DNA from: Crassaminicella indica
GTDB taxonomy: Bacteria > Bacillota > Clostridia > Peptostreptococcales > Thermotaleaceae
Reading direction: 5' to 3'
Length of the DNA stretch: 32,000 bases
Assembly: GCF_019203185.1 (NCBI RefSeq)
Contig: NZ_CP078093.1
Span: 2,700,389 to 2,732,388, forward strand
Made by a program: the position numbers and the translations under genes. Positions 1 to 10,367 of this stretch are shown in pieces (within the stretch, counting starts at the first letter, position 1; every line of letters begins with the position of its first letter). Below the pieces are notes generated by a model. That model made no database searches, had not been told where the DNA came from, and saw only the letters and a program-made list of their open reading frames with translations.

Positions 1-936
1 TGTAATATAAGCTAATATTCCTTTTTCCTTTAAAATTTCTAATGCTTTATAAATAAAAAAATAAAAATAATCCATTTTACCTTCATAATATTTTTTCCCA
101 AAAGGAGTATTTTTGATCCCATCAAATAAATCTTTATTTCCCTTTTCTCCTAAATATGGAGGATTTCCTATTACAATATCAAATTCCTTTTCTTTTCCAA
201 ATAAATTCTCATCTATCAAACTATCTGCCTTAGTAATATTAATAATATGTGGATACCCCTTTTGCTGCTGTCCACAAACTAGATCATACAAAGCCATTTT
301 CCCAACTATTGTTGGCTCCCTTTGTATATCTATTCCAAACAAATTGTTCTCCACAATATTTTTTCTTATGAAAAAATCCTCTTCTTTTCTGCCTAATACT
401 CTATAAATATTTTTTTTATATTCATATATTTTTCTAAAAGCACCAATCAAAAACAATCCTGTTCCACAGGATATATCAATCATTCTTATTTCATCAAATG
501 CTTTCAAAATTTTTAAAAGTTCCTTTTTATCTAGTGAATTGTTTTCAAAAAAATATTTCTTTAAATATTCTTCGGAAAATCCAGTTTCTCTTGATAAATA
601 AATTTCTAAAGCTCTTTGTACCATATAATCGATAATATAGTATGGTGTATAAAAGCTACCTGTCTTTTCTCGACGATTTAATGACAAATAATTATCATAT
701 ATCTGACTAAATACAGCAAAATCAAAATCTTCTAAATTTAGATTCTCATTTAGTTCAAATTGATCTTTTATATCTTCTCTTATAAAAACACCTATATTTT
801 TTAGAGCTTCCATTCCATATTTCTTTAAAAATATCACTTTGCAAATTTCTAATATAAAATCTGAATCTTTAATATTAATTTGTTCTGTATTCCTTACAAT
901 TGCATCAAAAAATTTCTTCCACTTCAAATTCTGCAT
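1..936 (-). CDS. N6-adenine DNA methyltransferase, gamma-class (Eco57I/TaqI-like), N-terminal 312 aa; 3' end runs off the window
   Basis: Absent from the ORF track because it has no stop in the window. Reverse translation from ATG (rc of 934-936, RBS GGTGGAGA rc of 941-948) reads MQNLKWKKFF...GSFYTPYYIIDYMV...IDISCGTGLFLIGA (SAM-binding motif I)...DIVIGNPPYLGEKG. The NPPY codons are the rc of 154-165, in frame with the start. The frame stays open to position 1. Confidence 0.85.
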   Translation of the reverse strand, partial: MQNLKWKKFFDAIVRNTEQINIKDSDFILEICKVIFLKKYGMEALKNIGVFIREDIKDQFELNENLNLEDFDFAVFSQIYDNYLSLNRREKTGSFYTPYYIIDYMVQRALEIYLSRETGFSEEYLKKYFFENNSLDKKELLKILKAFDEIRMIDISCGTGLFLIGAFRKIYEYKKNIYRVLGRKEEDFFIRKNIVENNLFGIDIQREPTIVGKMALYDLVCGQQQKGYPHIINITKADSLIDENLFGKEKEFDIVIGNPPYLGEKGNKDLFDGIKNTPFGKKYYEGKMDYFYFFIYKALEILKEKGILAYIT

Positions 937-1016
937 CACATCTCCACCTAAATAAAGTCATATGGGTATCACATATACCTTTTAATTATCAATAAAAAAC
1001 TTTAATCTTTATTTTT

Positions 1017-1625
1017 TTACTCAGTTATATACTTTATCCTATTATCTAATTCTAAATATATAATATCATATTTGTCAAAAACCTTTTTTAAAGAGCTTCT
1101 TCTCATTTGACCCACAATAAAATACTTTTTTAAATATTCATTGGCTCTTGTTAAGCTCTTTTCATCATTATATACTACACTCAATTTTTTTTCTAACAAA
1201 ACATCTCTCATTGTCTTCATTTCTTCTAAAAATAAATAATGATTTTCTATCATATAATAATTAGTTTTAACATTTGCTAATTTGATCATCATATCATCGA
1301 TTGCTGCAATATTTTCTTGCAGTAACTCTTTATTATCTTGATAAATACTTTGGTTCTTTAAATCTATGGTTTCATTTACTAATGTATAAAACTGTTCCTC
1401 TATGAATTGTATACTTTTTAAATAGGTAAATATTTGTTTTTTTTGTTTTATATAAAAAAAACTTTTTACAATGCTATTTTTCATAATGAGGTCTTGTTGT
1501 GTTAAATAAACAAATGATGTAGTAATAAAAATCATTAGTATACTCAAAATAATAAATTTCTGTCCTAAGCTATTTTTTCTAGCTTTTTCTTGTGAAGGTA
1601 CTTGTTTGTTTTTAAATAAATTCAT
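1017..1625 (-). CDS. hypothetical membrane-anchored protein (single N-terminal TM, coiled-coil-like remainder)
   Basis: ORF track 1017..1646. Start preferred at MNLFKNK (1625) because GAAGGTGAG precedes it. Hydrophobic stretch FIILSILMIFITTSFVYL. No recognisable catalytic motif. Confidence 0.5.
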   Translation of the reverse strand: MNLFKNKQVPSQEKARKNSLGQKFIILSILMIFITTSFVYLTQQDLIMKNSIVKSFFYIKQKKQIFTYLKSIQFIEEQFYTLVNETIDLKNQSIYQDNKELLQENIAAIDDMMIKLANVKTNYYMIENHYLFLEEMKTMRDVLLEKKLSVVYNDEKSLTRANEYLKKYFIVGQMRRSSLKKVFDKYDIIYLELDNRIKYITE

Positions 1626-1708
1626 TTTCTCACCTTCTATTTTCATAATATTTTATATTATTTCTATACATTTTCATAGATTCCTTCACAAGCTTTTTAA
1701 TTTAAATC

Positions 1709-1741
1709 AAAAAATAACGCGAAAGCACCGCGTTATTTTTA
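1709..1741. terminator. hairpin with T-runs on both strands (bidirectional rho-independent terminator candidate)
   Basis: aataacgcg (1713-1721) / loop aaagcac / cgcgttatt (1729-1737). It is flanked by an A-run upstream and a T-run downstream, and lies directly after the stop of the 144-aa minus-strand gene. Confidence 0.55.
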
Positions 1742-1743
1742 AA

Positions 1744-2178
1744 TCAATTTGTTTTTTTTAAATACATACCATCTCCAACCTTTTTAACCCCATCAATTTC
1801 TTGAATCAATTGATCCACAATTAAATCCATATCTTTATACTTTATGTTAACGCCCTTTTTCTTTAAATATTTCATAATCGTAACCAAACGAATAGGATAA
1901 TCACAAGGATTTTTAAAATAAGGATGCTTTTCAATCTTTTTTTTGATACTGTTTTTATCAATATCAAAAATACGAATTACATTTTCACAATCCTTATTTC
2001 TTTCTAGCTCACTAATCAAATAGTCAATTTTATGAATCGGCTTATTGTAATCCTTTAAAAGCTTTTTTAAATCCTTTAGAAATTTTAATTCGTTGTCTAC
2101 AAAATTATCACAAGTATCCAAGTATAAAGGTATATCTTCATTGCACGAATCTACCAAATCTGACAATGATATTTGCAT
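1744..2178 (-). CDS. hypothetical protein (144 aa)
   Basis: Uninterrupted ORF co-oriented with its neighbours. No motif recognised. Confidence 0.5.
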   Translation of the reverse strand: MQISLSDLVDSCNEDIPLYLDTCDNFVDNELKFLKDLKKLLKDYNKPIHKIDYLISELERNKDCENVIRIFDIDKNSIKKKIEKHPYFKNPCDYPIRLVTIMKYLKKKGVNIKYKDMDLIVDQLIQEIDGVKKVGDGMYLKKTN

Positions 2179-2297
2179 AAGAGTTTTTTATCCCCCTTCA
2201 AGATAAGTGTTTATTCACTATTAATTACATACTATTGTATATATTTTATGCTTTACTGTCAATTTTATTAATTTATTATATTGCTTCATTTTTCTTT

Positions 2298-3227
2298 TTA
2301 AAGAATATCCTCTAATCCTACAACTTCATCTTTATAATGTTTTGCTAAATCTCCTAAAATTGATTCAATTATTTTCTTCACTTTGATTCGATCTTTTTCA
2401 GAATTGCACTCTAATTCTATTCTATTTTTCTCTAATACTATTTCCGCCAATATTCCCTCTTTATCAAAAAATTTAAAATAATAACTTCCATCGTCTTCAA
2501 AATCAAGCTGAATTTCTTTATGCTTTTGTAATATTTCTTTAATAGTTTTTAAATCATCAATCAAGTATATACTTTGCAAAACATTATATTCATCTTTATC
2601 ATCTGTTTCCTTTGTTACATCTGTAATAACATCTACATATTTTTGAAGTAAAAGACTATTTTTCTTCAAAAATTCCTGCCATGTAGCATATCGATTCTTT
2701 CCTTTGTATTCTTCATACTTTAAAAGTATATGTTTTTCTATCGCATTTTTAAAAATGGCTGGTATGTATATACTATTGCCAACAAATTTTGATCTATTTT
2801 TTATTTCTATCATTCTTCCAAGTATCAAATCTTTACATTGTGCTTTGTGAAATTTTTCTAAGTTTACAAAAACATCTATCTTTGTAAAAATATCTCTCAA
2901 TAAACCTCTATCTTCATTTAACTCTTTTATTTCATATATGCTTAGATAAGAATTTATTTTTCTTTGAATCAATTCACTTTCTTTTTGAGATAATTGACCT
3001 TTCATCCTTTCATGATATTTTTCGATAAATGTATTTCCATCTTTCATGATATAGTCATATATTAACCAAGAATTAAAATCTATCATCATTTTATCATTAG
3101 TTCCTTCTTCGCCAATACTCCTATCAAAATATGCTTTTGCCTCTTCAATATCCTTTCTAAATTCATCATCCAGTAAAAATTTTAAAATATTTTCTTCTAT
3201 GATCATTTCTAAATTTTCATAATTCAT
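2298..3227 (-). CDS. hypothetical protein (309 aa, acidic, soluble)
   Basis: Long uninterrupted ORF. AGGAGA-type RBS (rc of tctcct at 3234-3239) upstream of the ATG. No motif recognised. Confidence 0.55.
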   Translation of the reverse strand: MNYENLEMIIEENILKFLLDDEFRKDIEEAKAYFDRSIGEEGTNDKMMIDFNSWLIYDYIMKDGNTFIEKYHERMKGQLSQKESELIQRKINSYLSIYEIKELNEDRGLLRDIFTKIDVFVNLEKFHKAQCKDLILGRMIEIKNRSKFVGNSIYIPAIFKNAIEKHILLKYEEYKGKNRYATWQEFLKKNSLLLQKYVDVITDVTKETDDKDEYNVLQSIYLIDDLKTIKEILQKHKEIQLDFEDDGSYYFKFFDKEGILAEIVLEKNRIELECNSEKDRIKVKKIIESILGDLAKHYKDEVVGLEDIL

Positions 3228-3475
3228 ATGCGTCTCTCCTTTATAACTACTCTAATCATTTCAATTTAAATATTATATACCTATTTTACCCTAATAGCTA
3301 CTAATAGATGAAATTTTTTCGACTCCTTAAATAATATAACTCTTACTACATATTATTCAGCCTGTCTATATTAGTGTTTTGATACAAATTTAATAGTTGT
3401 ATTTTTTGTTTTTTATCTCAAGCAAATACAAATATTTCATTTAAAAGGGACATATACTTAATCGAGGTGATATAA

Positions 3476-4471
3476 ATGGTAAAAAAACTTTTTACAATTT
3501 TGCTTATTATCCTTTTATTATCTACAGCCTTTATATTCAATGAATTTTTTAATAACAATCAATACATTACCACTTTCAAAACATATGTAATTCCTAACTT
3601 AAAAATATCAAATAAGCTTTTAGAAAATTATTATAGTACTAATACAACACTACATAAAAAAGCCTCTGAAGCTATTCTCCTAACCACACTAAAAAATTTA
3701 AAATACAACCAATGGATTGAATATGCAGATTATATTGATTTAATCCTATATAAGTCTAATGTACTCCCTTACAATAAAGATGAACTAATCGTTGTACTAA
3801 ATCTATCAAAGGACTCCTCTGTCATAGCTATATATTCCCATGTAAACAACGAATACATATTTACAAATAAAATTGAGAATGTATTACCTGTTCAAAATAT
3901 TAAATTTCTACCTGTTCCTGAATTAGGATATAATATGCTAATCACCGATCAATTATTAGATGAACGATTGGGAGCATTTTTTTTAGAAGAGTTCATAGAA
4001 ATTTTTGTTTATCGTGATGATCATTTCAAAAGCGTTTTTAAAAAAGCAAAATATAAAGAAGAAATCTATAATGCAGAATGGGTCGACCCAAAAGCATCTT
4101 CAGAGAAATGGATAAAAATTATCGAAGCCAATAATATTACATTTAATCAAAAACCAAAATTGAATATATCCGTTTCTATTAATCAAAAAAAATTTGAAAC
4201 CATCAAAAAAACCTTCCCTGCAAAAGGAGATTTTAAACTTACTGAAGAAATTGTCACACAAGAAAATTATTACTGGAGTCCAAAATATCAGATGTTTGTA
4301 ATGAATGAAGGAATAATCAAAAATTCAACAACAGCTATCGCAATTATTGATGATACAAATCATTGGCTAGAATCTTTCTTAGGTTTTCCATCAAACAACT
4401 ACAAAATTCTCACAGAGAACGGAAAAGTATTTTACTTACATAAACAATTTGTATCTATAAAAAGTAAATAG
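3476..4471 (+). CDS. hypothetical protein with N-terminal signal/anchor helix (331 aa)
   Basis: RBS GAGGTGA at 3464-3470. N-terminus MVKKLFTILLIILLLSTAFIF is a signal or TM segment. A terminator hairpin follows. Confidence 0.55.
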   Translation: MVKKLFTILLIILLLSTAFIFNEFFNNNQYITTFKTYVIPNLKISNKLLENYYSTNTTLHKKASEAILLTTLKNLKYNQWIEYADYIDLILYKSNVLPYNKDELIVVLNLSKDSSVIAIYSHVNNEYIFTNKIENVLPVQNIKFLPVPELGYNMLITDQLLDERLGAFFLEEFIEIFVYRDDHFKSVFKKAKYKEEIYNAEWVDPKASSEKWIKIIEANNITFNQKPKLNISVSINQKKFETIKKTFPAKGDFKLTEEIVTQENYYWSPKYQMFVMNEGIIKNSTTAIAIIDDTNHWLESFLGFPSNNYKILTENGKVFYLHKQFVSIKSK

Positions 4472-4473
4472 CT

Positions 4474-4499
4474 ATAGGGGCAAAAGCCCTATTTTTTTT
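4474..4499 (+). terminator. rho-independent terminator
   Basis: GC-containing hairpin ataggg(g)c-aaaa-gccctat followed by T8, immediately after the stop at 4471. Confidence 0.6.
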
Positions 4500-4558
4500 G
4501 CAGGATTTTATCTCTTCATATAGAAGATAATAGTTATTCACAATACAATCCGAAAGGA

Positions 4559-5770
4559 ATGAGATTATTGACAAAAAAATTATTCTACGACAATATATAT
4601 CAAAAAGAGTTTACTGCAAATATTGCTTCAGTAAAAGAAATAGATGGAAAATTTCATATTGAATTAAACCAAACTGCCTTTTATCCAGAAGGAGGCGGTC
4701 AACCATGCGATAAAGGAACTATAGAAGGTCTTGAAGTATCTTATGTATATGAAAAAAACAACAAAATTTATCATATAATAGACAGAGAGCCTCCTAAGCT
4801 TCATCTTTTAAAATGTGCAATTAACTGGGAAAGACGTTTTGATCATATGCAGCAGCATTTAGGACAACATATTTTATCTGCTTGCTTTCATAAACTATTT
4901 GATGCAAAAACAGTTGGATTTCATTTAGGAAATGAATTTGTAACAATTGACATCACATTAAACAATATATCTCCTGTTCAAATTGAAAAAGTTGAGTACT
5001 TTGCTAATCAAGTAGTATTTAACAATCTTCACGTAAAACAATTATATCCAACAGCTTCAAAGCTTTCTGAACTTCCTCTCAGGAAGCCTCCTAAAGTTAA
5101 AGAAAATATTCGCATTATAGAAATAGACCAGTTTGATTTTTCTCCTTGTTGTGGAACCCATTCATCACATACAGGAGAAGTAGGAGTTATTAAAATTAGA
5201 AAATGGGAAAAAATACGAGGAAATATTCGTATAGAATTTGTGTGTGGTAATCGTGCCCTTAAAGATTTTTACTGGAAAAATGATACTATAAATAAAATAT
5301 CTAAGCTATTATCCGTAAAGGACATAGATGCATTGAGCGGTGTAGAAAGAATATTTTCTCAATATAATTCACAGAAAAAAGAGATTAGGAAATTAAAAGA
5401 ACAACTATTAGACTATGAAGCATCCACCTTTTATCAAAGTGCCTATATAGTAAATAATATTAAAATTATTAACAATATCTTTGATAACAGAAATTTTGAA
5501 GATATAAGAAACTTAGCAGCAAAAATTGTCTCAAAACCTGATGTAATTGTTTTATTCGGTTTAAAAAATGAAAAAGCCCAAATGATATTAAGCTGTTCTA
5601 AGGAAATAGATATTAATATGACAAAAGTATTTAAAGAAGTATGTCCTATCATTAATGGACGAGGTGGAGGAAATGCACATACAGCACAAGGTGGTGGCGA
5701 TCAAACATCAAAGCTTGAAGAAGCATTAAAAACAGCTCAAGATATTATCATTCATCAATATTTAGTATAA
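4559..5770 (+). CDS. alaX: alanyl-tRNA editing protein, AlaX-L type (tRNA_SAD editing domain plus C-terminal DHHA1-like domain)
   Basis: Zinc/editing motifs HLGQH (HxxxH) and CCGTH (CxxxH). C-terminal GRGGGNAHTAQGGG is typical of the AlaRS C-terminal/DHHA1 region. The true start may be TTG at 4568 (MTKKLFYDN), which has better spacing from AGGA. Confidence 0.85.
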   Translation: MRLLTKKLFYDNIYQKEFTANIASVKEIDGKFHIELNQTAFYPEGGGQPCDKGTIEGLEVSYVYEKNNKIYHIIDREPPKLHLLKCAINWERRFDHMQQHLGQHILSACFHKLFDAKTVGFHLGNEFVTIDITLNNISPVQIEKVEYFANQVVFNNLHVKQLYPTASKLSELPLRKPPKVKENIRIIEIDQFDFSPCCGTHSSHTGEVGVIKIRKWEKIRGNIRIEFVCGNRALKDFYWKNDTINKISKLLSVKDIDALSGVERIFSQYNSQKKEIRKLKEQLLDYEASTFYQSAYIVNNIKIINNIFDNRNFEDIRNLAAKIVSKPDVIVLFGLKNEKAQMILSCSKEIDINMTKVFKEVCPIINGRGGGNAHTAQGGGDQTSKLEEALKTAQDIIIHQYLV

Positions 5771-5806
5771 AAAAGAAAAGTGTCCAAAGACACTTTTCTT
5801 TTTTTC
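5771..5806 (+). terminator. rho-independent terminator
   Basis: aaaagaaaagtgtc-caaa-gacacttttctttt followed by a T-run, directly after the alaX stop. Confidence 0.7.
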
Positions 5807-5980
5807 TACCCTATATATGCTTGGAAAATGATCTTACTCACATTTATTAATTATATATAAAGAATGAATATACTGCAATAGTATTTTAAAATTTTTTTTA
5901 TTATTTTCGACATCTTTCATCATATAGGACAAATACATACTCAATCCTTTTATTTTTCAATAATTTTTACTTTTCTAAAG

Positions 5981-7354
5981 TTAAAAATTCCCAAATTCCT
6001 CTTTTTTATTCACAAATAAGTAACCAAATAAAATAGTTATCACAGGAGAAACATAACATAATACAGTATATAATCCATACGCTGTTGCTCCTACACCTGT
6101 TATAACTGTAATAATAATTGAATTTACATTCCAGGGAATCAAAGGTGCTATAGTTGTCCCTGTATCTGCTATACTTCTAGCAAGAATCGTTTTCTTTATT
6201 TTAAATTCTTCATATTTAGCTTTTAAAAACTTTCCTGGCAAAAGAATTCCTATTGTTTGATCACAAGCAACTGTTGTTAAAACAATACTTAATATAGAAG
6301 TTCTTGCAATCAAAGCTCCTTTTGTTTTTATATTTGATGCCATTTTATCTATCATTGGAGCAATTGTATTCGTACCTTCAAATATACTGCTTAAAGCAAC
6401 AGCACCTATAATAATAAAAATCACCTCAATCATTGGAAGAATTCCTCCACCCCTCAAAATCCCATCTAATTCCTCTATTCCTGTCCGCGCATGATATCCA
6501 AATAATATAGCATGCATCAATTCCTTTATCTGGATTCCTTGAAAAAATATACTAATACATATCCCACCTAATAAACCAAAAGTCATATTCGGAATAACCT
6601 TTACACCTACAACAGCTAAAATAATCATCGTAATAGGGAACAACAATAATGCTGGTGAAATAGTAAAAGTATTAAAAATATTCCTTTGATAAGCTTTTAA
6701 TGTTGAAACATCTACCTCTCCTGTAAAACTTTTTCCTAAAATATAATAAATAATAGCACTAACTATGAGAGTAGGAATCAATGTGGCTAACATATTTTTA
6801 AAAAAATCTTTATAATTTATATCTATTGTTTTAATAGTAAGATTAACCAATGCACTAATAGGAGATATTTTATCAGCAATAAAAGCACCTGAAATAATAG
6901 CTCCTAAAAGGATAGGCTCTGGTATTGATAACCCTTTTCCTATTCCAAGTAGAGCAATTCCTATCGTACTAATAGTTCCAAAAGCTGTTCCCATAGCAAA
7001 TGATATCACTACCATAATCATAAAACATGCAAGTAAATAATTCATATGTACAATATAATCAAATCCATAATAAATCATAGTAGGTACAGTTCCTGAAGCA
7101 ATCCAAACAGATATAATTGATCCCATAAGGAGTACAATGATATATACTGAAAAACATTCTTTTATACCTTTTAAAATCATCTTAATTAAAGCAGTAAAAG
7201 AAAAACCATTTCTCATAAATACAATTATAGAAAAAAATACACCTATAAAAAATCCATAAAACAAAGGTATACTCTTTATGATACAAGCTGCAATAGCGCC
7301 CATACTTACAGCAAATATGATATAAATGTGCTTAAATGATCGATTATTTTTCAT
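5981..7354 (-). CDS. nhaC: Na+/H+ antiporter NhaC-family membrane transporter
   Basis: About 457 aa and polytopic, with more than 10 hydrophobic segments. The C-terminal TGTTIAPLIPWNVNSII resembles the conserved NhaC-family PLIPW region. Start set at MKNNRSF (7354) because AGGAGG lies 5 nt upstream. Family call is from memory of the motif only. Confidence 0.6.
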   Translation of the reverse strand: MKNNRSFKHIYIIFAVSMGAIAACIIKSIPLFYGFFIGVFFSIIVFMRNGFSFTALIKMILKGIKECFSVYIIVLLMGSIISVWIASGTVPTMIYYGFDYIVHMNYLLACFMIMVVISFAMGTAFGTISTIGIALLGIGKGLSIPEPILLGAIISGAFIADKISPISALVNLTIKTIDINYKDFFKNMLATLIPTLIVSAIIYYILGKSFTGEVDVSTLKAYQRNIFNTFTISPALLLFPITMIILAVVGVKVIPNMTFGLLGGICISIFFQGIQIKELMHAILFGYHARTGIEELDGILRGGGILPMIEVIFIIIGAVALSSIFEGTNTIAPMIDKMASNIKTKGALIARTSILSIVLTTVACDQTIGILLPGKFLKAKYEEFKIKKTILARSIADTGTTIAPLIPWNVNSIIITVITGVGATAYGLYTVLCYVSPVITILFGYLFVNKKEEFGNF

Positions 7355-7533
7355 AGCTCCTCCTAAATTATTCATTTATTTCTTTATATTGTAAATTATA
7401 CACTAAAAATATAAAAAACCATTGAAAAATTTCAGTGGTTTGTCTTTTTTAAATATAAAATAAGCGAGCGTAGCTTAATATTTTATGAGAATAATCATTC
7501 AAAAAAGAATTAAAAGATAGAGATGATAGTATC

Positions 7534-7791
7534 GGGGCTACTGATCTTAGGAAAAGTATTGATGGATTAAGTATCATTGTTCAAACTCAGTTTCAGCTAG
7601 ATCCTTTTGAAAAGGCACTATTTGTTTTTTGTAATAGACAGATGAATAAGCTTAAAATACTACATTTTGATGATGGATTTTGGTTATACTACCATAGCTT
7701 AGAAAGAAATAAGTTTAAATGGCCTATTTCAAAAGAAGAAGGCCTTAAAGTTACAGTAGAAGAATTAAGATGGCTGCTTAAAGGATACTAA
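7534..7791 (+). pseudogene. tnpB: IS66-family accessory protein TnpB (orf2), 5'-truncated fragment
   Basis: Reads GATDLRKSIDGLSIIVQTQFQLDPFEKALFVFCNRQMNKLKILHFDDGFWLYYHSLERNKFKWP...LKGY*. The first ~14 codons (MLNIDKIDTVYLAC, present in the copies at 13031 and 20973) and the whole tnpA are missing. Confidence 0.8.
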
Positions 7792-7931
7792 GTAAGAACT
7801 GTTTCAAAATTCAAACCAATCAAAGGGAAAAATCACTTCTAAAAGATACCACAAAATCAAATCGAAGGTTAAAAATTCAATGATTTTGTGGTATAATTAC
7901 TTGAATTTTAATAGAAAATGAGGGTAAAAAC

Positions 7932-9190
7932 ATGAGTGATTTATTCAACAAAAATCAGTTAGATGAAAAAACTAAAGAGCTGATTTCAAAAATGGAAAAA
8001 GAAATTGCTAATCTAAAAAATGAGTTATTCTACTTTAAAAATCAAATTTTAAATAAAAATAGAAAAATATTCGGCTCTTCTAGTGAGCAAACAAGCTCAA
8101 TGCAAATATCCATCTTTGATGAAGCTGAAAAATTCAGCAATTTAAAAATAGAAGAACCAACAATTGAAGAAATCACTTACAAGAAAAATAAGCCCTCTAA
8201 AAATATAGGCAAAAAAGATAATTTAGCGAATTTAGAAAAAGTAGTGCTTGAACATAAATTAGATGAAAATGAACAAGTCTGCGAAAAATGCTCATCAAAT
8301 TTAGTAGTTATAGGAAAGAAATCAAAAGAGATTCTGAAAATAATTCCAGCAAAAATATGTGGCTTTATAAATCTCCAAGTAAAAAAGCCCCAATAGTCCT
8401 TTATGACTATCAAAAGACAAGGTCAGGTTCTTACCCTAAGAACTTTTTAAAAGGTTTTGCTGGGGTTATTCAAACAGATGGTTATACATGTTATAATCAG
8501 ATTGAAAATGTAAAAAGGATATATTGTCTAGTTCACATAAGAAGAAAATTTCATGAAATCATAGTAAATCTAAATGAAGAAGCCCTCAAAGAATCACGAG
8601 CATTAATAGGGTTTAATTCTTGTGCCAAGCTTTATGAAATCGAAAAAAAGCTTAGAGAAGAGCATAGTGAAAAAGAAGATTACTATGATATACGTTATAA
8701 AACAAGACTTGAAAAATCTAAGCCAATAATAGAAGAATTTATGGATTATGTAGATAAAGAAATAAAAGATGCAGTGCCTAGAAGCCCACTAGGAAAAGCG
8801 CTAGAATACACAAAGAAGCTTTTACCAAATTTCCTTATCTTTTTAGAAAATGGAACACTTGAAATAGATAATAATGGAGCTGAAAGATCCATAAAGCCAT
8901 TTGTAATGGGTCGTAAAAACTGTCTCTTTTCAGCATCATCAAAAGGAGCAGCTTCAAGTGCACCGCTTTATAGTATTATAGAAACAGCAAAGCTTAATCA
9001 CCTAGCAGTAGAAAAATATCTACTATACTTGATGGATGAATTATCAAAGCTTCAAAACAAAGATAAATCATCTTTATTGAAACTTCTTCCTTGGGCCAGT
9101 GAACTCCCAAAAGAACTAAAAATTGAACTAAAAAAAATCAATCCAGTAAGAGATAATTCTCCTACTGGATTAAATTTTATCAGGTATTAA
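7932..9190 (+). pseudogene. IS66-family DDE transposase (TnpC), frameshifted with an internal deletion
   Basis: Two overlapping ORFs (7932..8396, 8288..9190). N-terminal coiled coil, Zn-finger-like CEKCSSNLVVIGKK, then IQTDGYTCYN, LVHIRRKF and the hallmark DNNGAERSIKPFVMGRKNCLFS. The frame breaks after IPAK. Confidence 0.85.
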
Positions 9191-9541
9191 ATTTATTTTC
9201 CATGCATCTATTTTGGGGTGGATACCAAAAATTGGATCGATTGTCAATCAGGGAAAATAGTTTAGCAAAATACAAAGAAAAGACAAGAATTAATAAGCAA
9301 AGCAGGAAATGACTACGAGCCATCATTTTTCAGGTAATTCTGTTGTTGGTAGCAAACAATAATGAATTTAAAGAAATATACAATTATTACACCACAAGAA
9401 AACAGAATTCACTAAAAAACTTTATTTCTGCAAAAATAAAATCGTAATTGGTAGTACTTCCAAAAATAGATATGGCATAATTCCTTAATCTGTGTTAAAT
9501 AAAAGTTACCACACAAATATATAACAGGGGGTTAAGAACTT

Positions 9542-10268
9542 ATGCCATATACAACTACTAATATTTTAAAACCAAACTAAGAAATTTACAACTATATTGA
9601 AGATGTAAATTATGGTATGATTAAACCATAAATCAATCATTTAAGCAACTTGATGTATGGTCTAGTGGCTGTACATAACAATAAGTCAATCTCTTCAATT
9701 TCTAAGGCTATCTTATCAGATAAAGATAGTAGCTGTATTTATAAGTTTTTAAGCAAGTCAAAGTGGGATGGTAAGATTCTAAACAGAAATCGAACAGCAA
9801 ATTTGAATCTTTTTTTAGAGCAACATACCAAATCTAATTCCGTAGGATTTCTAATAATTGATGATACTGTTAATTCCAAGCCAGAAGCTAAGAAGATAGA
9901 AAGATTAGACTATCACTTTTCTCATGCAGAAGGCAAGAATATTTGGTTCCACTATGTAGTTACTTCTAATTTTGTTGTAAGAGATATTAAATATCGCTCA
10001 AGAATTTGTGAGAAATTTTAAAACACCATCCCATTGTAAAAAAATATATCCCTTTACAGATTCATGGTATAGCAATCAAGGGATAATTTATGAAAGTCTT
10101 AATCATTTTATTAGTGCTGTAAAAGGCAATAGAATTATAGTACCTAAAGGAATAAAACTTCAGTTTTCTAAATTCACAGAATATCTAGACCTCTCTACTT
10201 TAGATGTTGTGACCATCAAAGATAAGGAATATAGGAGATACGTTTATCAAAGTCCTGTAGCAAAATAA
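9542..10268 (+). pseudogene. IS4/IS701-like transposase, N-terminal part, multiple stops and frameshifts
   Basis: MPYTTTNILKPN*...*INHLSNLMYGLVAVHNNKSISSISKAIL...FLIIDDTVNSKPEAKKIERLDYHFSHAEGK (first DDE aspartate region). Broken into at least 3 frames (ORFs 9650..10021, 10008..10268). Confidence 0.6.
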
Positions 10269-10367
10269 TGGAGTTCTTAAAAGCTTTTTAAAGGAATATG
10301 AAAAATGGAGATTAAGAGAGTAAATAAAAGATATTTTAATATTATATAGAGAGGGAGTCGAATATAT

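Noticed and set aside
113-406. 97-aa plus-strand ORF from the track
   Set aside because: It lies antisense inside the well-supported methyltransferase frame (NPPY and motif I in frame from ATG 936). Its F/S/P/I-rich low-complexity translation is typical of the antisense of an AT-rich gene, and it has no RBS.
1-936. Possible BREX PglX or type I HsdM assignment for the methyltransferase
   Set aside because: No brxA/B/C, pglZ, hsdS or hsdR-like neighbours are present. The upstream genes are small unknown proteins. Only the generic gamma-class N6A methyltransferase call is supported.
5443-5652. 69-aa minus-strand ORF inside alaX. The same reasoning applies to 8177..8413, 10277..10567, 11339..11542, 11570..11791, 13248..13466, 14416..14598, 14746..14988 and 19067..19255.
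   Set aside because: All are antisense to longer ORFs with clear family motifs, are hydrophobic or low-complexity, and lack RBSs. They are treated as AT-rich antisense artefacts.
7418-7450. Hairpin aaccattga(n9)tcagtggtt followed by a T-run, upstream of nhaC
   Set aside because: It looks like a plus-strand terminator, but no plus-strand gene ends there and the stem has a mismatch. It may be a relic at the island boundary. Not enough evidence to annotate.
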